From IMG/VR virus record IMGVR_UViG_3300030103_000853, positions 1-33,203 of that record: a stretch of 33,203 nt of DNA; one strand, written 5' to 3'. Positions within the stretch are counted from its first letter, which is position 1; each line of letters starts with the position of its first letter. The position numbers and the translations under genes were made by a program. The notes beneath the pieces were generated by a model. That model had not been told where the DNA came from. It did not search any database and was given only the letters and a program-made list of their open reading frames with translations. This DNA comes from a virus (taxonomy: Duplodnaviria > Caudoviricetes). Below are positions 27,770 to 33,203 of the stretch, piece by piece.

Positions 27770-28681
27770 TTATGCTGCTCTATCAACCTCTGTCCAAACG
27801 TTTGAAACGCCTAAATCTATTTCATTCCATGGTGTAACATTTGGAGTTCCTGTATTAGATTGTAACTGTATTCCTGTAGGTATTACAACTGCAGTACCTG
27901 TAATTGTTACCGAACCAATAGATGAGGCCATCTGTATTCCTGTAACATCGTAAACTGTTGCTTGTGTTGCAGTTCCTATAGAACTTGTTAATTGAATACC
28001 GGTTATAGAAGCATCAGCATTTCCTGCAGGAGTTTCTTCCCCTATAGACATTGTTAACTGAGAACCTGTTACTTCAGCAGTGAAACTTGCAGAAGCTGAT
28101 TCTGAACCTATTGAAGAAGTTATTTGATTTCCTGATACTGAAACATTACCTATTCCAGTCACAGAAACACTTCCTACAGAAGAGTTCATTGTATGCTCTG
28201 TAACAACTACTGAAACATTTCCATTAGCTGAAACTGAAAAAGATCCTAGAGTTGCGGTCATTCCAAAGTCACCAATATCTCCACCAGTTGTTGTGGCAAC
28301 ATCTACAATCGGTACTTCAATTGTGCTAGGACTTAATGTGGAAAAAGGTGCTTGACCAAAAGCAGTTAAGGTATCTTGTGTGAACTCTTTATTACTTATA
28401 GATAATTCTTGTCCTGAAATTGTTACACCAATATCAATAGTTTCTTCTCCAATGGATGAAGTAAGTTGTACACCGGACACAGAAAACTGCACTGAAGAAC
28501 CTGCAACAGCACCTGCATTTGTAATTGTAGCTTGACTACCCGTAACATCTATATTAGCAGTTCCTGGTGTTCCAGCGTTTCCTACTGAACCTGTAAGAAC
28601 ACTTCCTTGTGGATAAGCAAATACATCATTTGATTCTGATGCAAAGGCCGCTTCAGAATATGCGGTTATTCCAAAAGCCAT
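27770..28681 (-). CDS. repetitive Ser/Thr/Gly-rich virion structural protein
   Basis: Repeated [VI][ST]G.Q[LIM]TSSIG units about every 20-22 aa; C-terminal W..I......WT.V. Confidence 0.7.
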   Translation of the reverse strand: MAFGITAYSEAAFASESNDVFAYPQGSVLTGSVGNAGTPGTANIDVTGSQATITNAGAVAGSSVQFSVSGVQLTSSIGEETIDIGVTISGQELSISNKEFTQDTLTAFGQAPFSTLSPSTIEVPIVDVATTTGGDIGDFGMTATLGSFSVSANGNVSVVVTEHTMNSSVGSVSVTGIGNVSVSGNQITSSIGSESASASFTAEVTGSQLTMSIGEETPAGNADASITGIQLTSSIGTATQATVYDVTGIQMASSIGSVTITGTAVVIPTGIQLQSNTGTPNVTPWNEIDLGVSNVWTEVDRAA

Positions 28682-28684
28682 GTG

Positions 28685-28897
28685 TTAGGCCTCTTTTTTT
28701 TCTTCTACCTTTTCTGGTAATGGTAATTCTTTAGTAAGCAGATCAGAGTAGTGTTTTTGTATAATTTCTAAATCATTATATTCAAAACTTAATTGACTTT
28801 TTTTAGAAACAACGCTTTGTATTTTTTGTAAATACAACTTACCTTTTTCAGACAACTTCTCACTATCATATTGTTTTGAGTCAAAATTAAAAATCAT
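28685..28897 (-). CDS. small coiled-coil protein, possible tail fibre chaperone
   Basis: FDSKQYDSEKLSE..K; TAATG coupled to the fibre gene. Confidence 0.65.
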   Translation of the reverse strand: MIFNFDSKQYDSEKLSEKGKLYLQKIQSVVSKKSQLSFEYNDLEIIQKHYSDLLTKELPLPEKVEEKKEA

Positions 28898-30627
28898 TAC
28901 ATCTCTTCTAGTTTAAATCTATATTTTTTACCATTTTTATTATTTAAAATAAATAAATGTTCTTCACCCTCTTGAATAGTCCAATTACCTTTTGTACCAT
29001 CAACAGCATTACCTTCAGCTTTCGCTTCATTACTTAAATGTAAGTCACCAGTATATACATGTTGCCAAACATTTCCAGATGCTCCAAGATCATGACTATC
29101 GTTAGCTCCTGGAACAATATCTCCAGTTACTGTTAGTGTAGATCCATCAAAAGTCATATTAGCTTCAGCATTTTGTGCGTCAGTCCCAGTTGCTGTAACA
29201 ACTCTGTTGTTAGATCCGTTTGTCATAAAGTCAGACACGTCTACAGAAATTGCATCTGCAGCTACATCAATACCTGTACCTGCTCCAACATTTAAAGTTA
29301 CATCACCTGATGTTCCACCACCTGTTAAACCATCGCCTGCTACAACTGAAGTAATATCTCCAACCGTAGGTGTTTGAAAAGATGGCTGTGCCCCAGCTCC
29401 TGCTGAAGTTAAAACTTGTCCAGCACTACCTGTTGCTATTGCAACTGGATTTCCTGAAGCGTCATAAGAAATAATATTACCATCTGTACCTGATGCCATT
29501 TTGGCTAATGAAACAGCATTGTCAGCAATCTGAGCTGTGTCTATAGCATCGTCTGCCATTAAAGCATTCGTAATTTGATCATTTGCAATGTGGGCTGTGT
29601 CTATTGAACCGTCAACATATTGATTACTGTCGATACTGTTTGCAGCCATTTTGGCAAGCGTCACATTAGAATCTGCTATCTTGGCTGTCGTCACATTAGA
29701 ATCAGTAATTTTTGCAGTCGTAACTGCATTATCTTGTAATTCGGCTGTGGCTACACCAGCATCTTTAATTGTTATTGCTCCAGAACTAGCAGCAAAGTTA
29801 TCGGAACTAAATGATGCAGCACCTTTGGCAGACGTAGAAGCGTCAGCTAAATTTAATGTAACATCTCCTGATGTTCCACCACCTGTTAAGTTTGTACCAG
29901 CTACAACTGAAGTAATATCTCCTACTGGAACTGTAGCTACTTGTGTATCTACGTATGCTTTAATTGATTGCTGTGTTGCTAAGTGACTGGCACTGTCAGA
30001 TGCCATGTTATCTTCATCTTTAATTGAAGTTCCACTTATTGTGCTATTTAATACTGCACTTGTTAAAGTTTTGTTTGTTAATATTGATGTTGAACTATTT
30101 GTGACTAAAACAGAATTACCACCACTGCTTGGCAGTGTTAAAGTGTTAGTTGCAGATTCTGAGTGTGGTGCACCAATAAGTGTCTGTGCGTGAGCATTAC
30201 TAGCCTCACAATAAAATTTAATCTGGGATACGGCACCGCCATCATTTTTAAGATCAATAAGACCACCTTCAATAAATAAATCATGTGGTAAAGTTACATG
30301 ATTATTTGCGTCTTCAATAACTGCTTTAGATGCAGGAAGAGTACAAAATACATCTTTAGTACCTGCAGAAAAGTTTACTGCAGCATCACTGTTAGATGAT
30401 GAGATAATTGTATTCCTCGCTAAAGTGTCAGTTCCCGCATCTGTTACAGTACCTAAACCAACCTCAAACTCTCCGTTTGAGTTTGTTATGGCATAGTAAG
30501 TAGTGTTAGAATTACCAATTCCTGCAACAAATGTTTCAAAACCAGATACAGCTCCTGCTAAATCAAAGGTTCCTGTGCCTGTTGTTGTTGAAGTTTCTTT
30601 TACTCTATCATTTACTACTAAAGCCAT
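28897..30627 (-). CDS. tail fibre protein
   Basis: MALVVNDRVKETSTTTGTG anchor, ATQQSIKAYVD, decapeptide repeats, GQVLTSAG; AAGGAG SD. Confidence 0.85.
   Translation of the reverse strand: MALVVNDRVKETSTTTGTGTFDLAGAVSGFETFVAGIGNSNTTYYAITNSNGEFEVGLGTVTDAGTDTLARNTIISSSNSDAAVNFSAGTKDVFCTLPASKAVIEDANNHVTLPHDLFIEGGLIDLKNDGGAVSQIKFYCEASNAHAQTLIGAPHSESATNTLTLPSSGGNSVLVTNSSTSILTNKTLTSAVLNSTISGTSIKDEDNMASDSASHLATQQSIKAYVDTQVATVPVGDITSVVAGTNLTGGGTSGDVTLNLADASTSAKGAASFSSDNFAASSGAITIKDAGVATAELQDNAVTTAKITDSNVTTAKIADSNVTLAKMAANSIDSNQYVDGSIDTAHIANDQITNALMADDAIDTAQIADNAVSLAKMASGTDGNIISYDASGNPVAIATGSAGQVLTSAGAGAQPSFQTPTVGDITSVVAGDGLTGGGTSGDVTLNVGAGTGIDVAADAISVDVSDFMTNGSNNRVVTATGTDAQNAEANMTFDGSTLTVTGDIVPGANDSHDLGASGNVWQHVYTGDLHLSNEAKAEGNAVDGTKGNWTIQEGEEHLFILNNKNGKKYRFKLEEM
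29290..29922 (-). repeat. 72 bp imperfect direct repeat (29290-29361 and 29851-29922) flanking tandem 30 bp/decapeptide repeats
   Basis: GDITSVVAG(TN/DG)LTGGGTSGDVTLN, 22/24 aa identical; between them DNAVTTAKIT DSNVTTAKIA DSNVTLAKMA ANSIDSNQYV DGSIDTAHIA NDQITNALMA DDAIDTAQIA DNAVSLAKMA. Confidence 0.9.
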
Positions 30628-30642
30628 GGTTACTCCTTTTTA

Positions 30643-31113
30643 TTATGCAATTCTCAAGATTGCAGCAGATGTAGTGAACGCAGGGAACTGGATTGTAAAT
30701 GTTCCAGATGTTGCAGTCTTGTCTCCACCAAAATCTAATACACAAACTGCGTCAGTAGTATTTGAACCACCATTAGTTTGAGTGTTGTAAATTAAAGCTC
30801 CTCTTGCAGTTAAAGTAACTCCAGTAAAAGATAAGTCAGCAAAATCAGTAATTGCTACTGAAGATGAAACTTTTACCCCTTGGTTGACAAGAGATCCCCC
30901 ACCTGCTGTATATCCAGATGAAGTTACCTCAGTATTAGAGCCACCTCCTGGATTAGTAGAGTAGCTTGTAGTTGATTTACCTAGTGTCGCTGCGTTTGTG
31001 TACATAGCTAATTTAAATGTATCTCCACCGTCCCCTGAAGTATCAAAGTCGTGAGATCCTTTTAGTAATTCTTTTTTAAAAGAATCACAAATTGCGTTTG
31101 TTGTTATTGCCAT
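30643..31113 (-). CDS. tail structural protein
   Basis: SFKKELL.G.HDF, FKLAMYT, GYTAGG, ARGALIYN, LDFGGDKT...FTIQFP; AAGGAG SD. Confidence 0.7.
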   Translation of the reverse strand: MAITTNAICDSFKKELLKGSHDFDTSGDGGDTFKLAMYTNAATLGKSTTSYSTNPGGGSNTEVTSSGYTAGGGSLVNQGVKVSSSVAITDFADLSFTGVTLTARGALIYNTQTNGGSNTTDAVCVLDFGGDKTATSGTFTIQFPAFTTSAAILRIA

Positions 31114-31134
31114 AGTTTATTCTCCTTATTAATT

Positions 31135-31785
31135 TTATGGTGATGGTGAAGGTATCTTAACTCTAGGTACCCCACTATCGTATTCTCCTCGTCTTCTTCT
31201 ACCCATTTGTTGAAGGGCAAAATTCTGTATCTCTTCATCATACTTGCTTTTATACAACGTGTAAAGATCCTGAGGTCCTTTAAGATAAGAAAAAGCTTCT
31301 GTTAAGACACCATGTAATAACATAGGTTCTTGATAAGTAGATAAAAAAGTGTTTGTTGAACTATTAAAATGTGGAGGATCTTTAATAAAATTAATTTGAA
31401 TTGTGTAAGCTGAATTAGGAGTTGGTGCTACTAATACATTAAAATCATCCCAATTTGCCCAAAATTTAGGTTCTCCTGTAGTACCACCGCTGTTGTATTC
31501 AGATATAAAACTAGTGTCTCTACGTTCTAAAAAAGTTCTATCAGAACCATTTATTACTTGTATCGATCTGATAATCATACAATCTGCAGGTAATGAAACA
31601 TATCTGTTTCCTGACGTAAATGTAGAAGTTGAGTATTTTCTTAAATCATCATAGTCTACTTGGCCTGCAACATTCAACTCTGTTGCTCTAATAAAACCAT
31701 CAATAATAGAATCAGTTAAAACATTACTATCTACTTCAGTGTAGTTTCTTACTTGTGTTAAAAAATCTGAATGTGTTATGGCCAT
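31135..31785 (-). CDS. putative head-tail adaptor / tail tubular protein
   Basis: V.NYTE, FI...E, G.P..WA, APTP..AY, LLHG.L.EA..YLK pattern of podovirus adaptor-type proteins. Confidence 0.65.
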   Translation of the reverse strand: MAITHSDFLTQVRNYTEVDSNVLTDSIIDGFIRATELNVAGQVDYDDLRKYSTSTFTSGNRYVSLPADCMIIRSIQVINGSDRTFLERRDTSFISEYNSGGTTGEPKFWANWDDFNVLVAPTPNSAYTIQINFIKDPPHFNSSTNTFLSTYQEPMLLHGVLTEAFSYLKGPQDLYTLYKSKYDEEIQNFALQQMGRRRRGEYDSGVPRVKIPSPSP

Positions 31786-32147
31786 TATGTAATACTCACT
31801 GTTATAGTACCTGTAGTACTTATTAATTGTCTTTGTCTGTTTTGTTCTGCAGAATTATCTGGTTGCATTCCAGAAGATTCAAAACTAAAAACACCTGGTA
31901 AAGATAAGTCCGTTGTTGTAAATCTAGCACCTCCTGATTGTAATGTAAAATCTTGAGTTCTAGTATTTTGTAGTGCTATCGCATCTGCTTTTACAGTTTT
32001 TCTTCTTATTTGAGGTTGTTTAGATTCAAATTCTGATATGTGAACTAACGCTCCAGTCCATTCTCTTACCATTTCTTGATAAGGAAAAGCCATACCTGAT
32101 CTATCAGAAATTGCTTTTGCATGTTTTCCTGATGCGTAATTACCCAT
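31785..32147 (-). CDS. hypothetical virion-associated protein
   Basis: YASGK.AKAISDRSG..FPY.EM..EW.G..VH..E.E.KQPQ; TAATG coupling. Confidence 0.75.
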   Translation of the reverse strand: MGNYASGKHAKAISDRSGMAFPYQEMVREWTGALVHISEFESKQPQIRRKTVKADAIALQNTRTQDFTLQSGGARFTTTDLSLPGVFSFESSGMQPDNSAEQNRQRQLISTTGTITVSIT

Positions 32148-32836
32148 TATACTCCATCTCCAAAATAAGTTTGTGGCGAAATATATAAAGAAGTTCTAGA
32201 ACCATCTTCATCTAATGCTCTTTTCATTTCATCTTCGTAAGCCATTTTTAACATTTGAGTTCTATCTGCAGCTTTTAAAAAAGAAATATAATATGCAAGA
32301 CCCGCAACCATACAAGGTAAAAATCTATAAGGAGCATCTGGAGTATTTGTATATCCTCCAGCATCTTCTATTCTTCCAATGTAATAATATTTTACATGTG
32401 TGTATGTTGTTTTATTAGGTGTCTGATATAAATAAATTTTAGGAGTAATATGTCTTTCAACGTAATATTGAGAAGGTTGACCTGTAACACCTTTGTTAGG
32501 TAATGCAGCGTAAGTAGATCTATCAATTTTAGTTATAGAAACATCTTGAGTATCAGCAGTAGTTCCTGATGTTGTAGATATGTAAGCTTCTAATACATCA
32601 CTACAATCACTTGGTGTAGTGTATTCAGAAGTTCCTGCAGTTAATTCTTGTGATTTATTTTTTACTTTCCAAAGATGTAATCCACGATTACCCCACTCAG
32701 AGAATAATATATTTAAATTTCTTCTAGCTCTTTTTAAATCATACCCTGAATCTGTAGATAAACCACATCTTTCATATGCTTCATCTATAACTTCGTCTAT
32801 ATTTAAATTAAATGCTGTAGTCCCAGAACTTGCCAT
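32147..32836 (-). CDS. putative head completion / adaptor protein
   Basis: IDEAYERCG, ARRNLNILFSEWGNRGLHLW, PNK...GQPSQYY, PYRFLPCMVAGLAYY. Confidence 0.7.
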   Translation of the reverse strand: MASSGTTAFNLNIDEVIDEAYERCGLSTDSGYDLKRARRNLNILFSEWGNRGLHLWKVKNKSQELTAGTSEYTTPSDCSDVLEAYISTTSGTTADTQDVSITKIDRSTYAALPNKGVTGQPSQYYVERHITPKIYLYQTPNKTTYTHVKYYYIGRIEDAGGYTNTPDAPYRFLPCMVAGLAYYISFLKAADRTQMLKMAYEDEMKRALDEDGSRTSLYISPQTYFGDGV

Positions 32837-33063
32837 TATAATAAATCCTTATAATAATTATCTTTAGTTAATATTATACCACCTGTAGAAAATTTTTTTC
32901 CTCCAGATGTGCTTCTAACTTCTTCTCTCATTTTTCTTAAACCTTCACTAATAGCAGACTGCTCACTCATATCTATTCGTAAATCATCTACTATTGCATT
33001 AAATTTTTTTTGATTTGCCGCACTTGCGTTTTTATAATATTTTTTTGCGTAATCGTAAGCCAT
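32836..33063 (-). CDS. small hypothetical protein with C-terminal GG motif
   Basis: 75 aa; AGAGG SD; TAATG overlaps at both ends; ends KKFSTGGIILTKDNYYKDLL. Confidence 0.75.
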   Translation of the reverse strand: MAYDYAKKYYKNASAANQKKFNAIVDDLRIDMSEQSAISEGLRKMREEVRSTSGGKKFSTGGIILTKDNYYKDLL

Positions 33064-33203
33064 TAAACTATACCTCTATAATAATCTGCCATACCACCCA
33101 TGTTCGCTTTAGCAATTGTTTTTACATTAGTTGGTTTAGGTCCACTATTACCTGCAGATCTTTTTCTTGCAACAGCACTCTTCTTCTGAGAGTCTGTCAT
33201 CCT
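33063..33203 (-). CDS. C-terminal part of a basic hypothetical protein (starts beyond right edge)
   Basis: Hand translation ...RMTDSQKKSAVARKRSAGNSGPKPTNVKTIAKANMGGMADYYRGIV*; TAATG overlap with the next gene. Confidence 0.7.
   Translation of the reverse strand, partial: RMTDSQKKSAVARKRSAGNSGPKPTNVKTIAKANMGGMADYYRGIV

Noticed and set aside
27069-29127. Diversity-generating retroelement (TR/VR pair) in tail genes
   Set aside because: No reverse transcriptase in the window; both copies are coding, and differences are spread over all bases (largely synonymous at conserved residues), not adenine-specific.
29490-29780. CRISPR-like periodic repeat
   Set aside because: The 30 bp period is an in-frame decapeptide fibre repeat without unique spacers.
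1600-32867. Short + strand and nested ORFs from the track (e.g. 1614..1862, 10283..10606, 13321..13620, 19761..20090, 26272..26544, 29651..29986)
   Set aside because: Antisense or alternate-frame shadows of well-supported genes, with no SD or recognisable motifs.
1-33203. tRNA/ncRNA genes, introns, integrase/att sites, stop-codon reassignment
   Set aside because: Intergenic gaps are at most about 60 bp, genes tile cleanly under the standard code, and no such motifs were seen by eye.

Overview
AT-rich, gene-dense 33 kb segment of a tailed dsDNA phage with a podovirus-like organisation. Composition and gene content resemble marine SAR11/Pelagibacter-type phages (inference, not confirmed). Almost all genes lie on the minus strand. 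From right to left: small head-associated proteins, adaptor/tail proteins, several tail-fibre genes, an AT-rich island of 2OG-Fe(II)/cupin dioxygenases, a tail nozzle/stabilisation protein, two glycosyltransferases, an operon of internal virion/ejection proteins, a PD-(D/E)XK exonuclease, a divergently transcribed SNF2-like helicase (the only + strand gene), and a replication module (SSB-like, AEP primase, UvrD-like helicase, DUF3310, family A DNA polymerase truncated at the left edge). Most notable: (i) a recurrent Phi-x-x-G-G motif in five otherwise unrelated putative virion-cargo proteins, suggesting a processing or targeting signal; (ii) six apparently intact plus one degenerate dioxygenase and two glycosyltransferases, mostly among virion genes, suggesting a hydroxylation/glycosylation system; (iii) a paralogous C-terminal domain on two tail proteins; (iv) overlapping divergent sigma70-like promoters. 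No tRNA, rRNA, CRISPR array, integrase or reverse transcriptase was seen. All family calls are by motif recognition, not database search.
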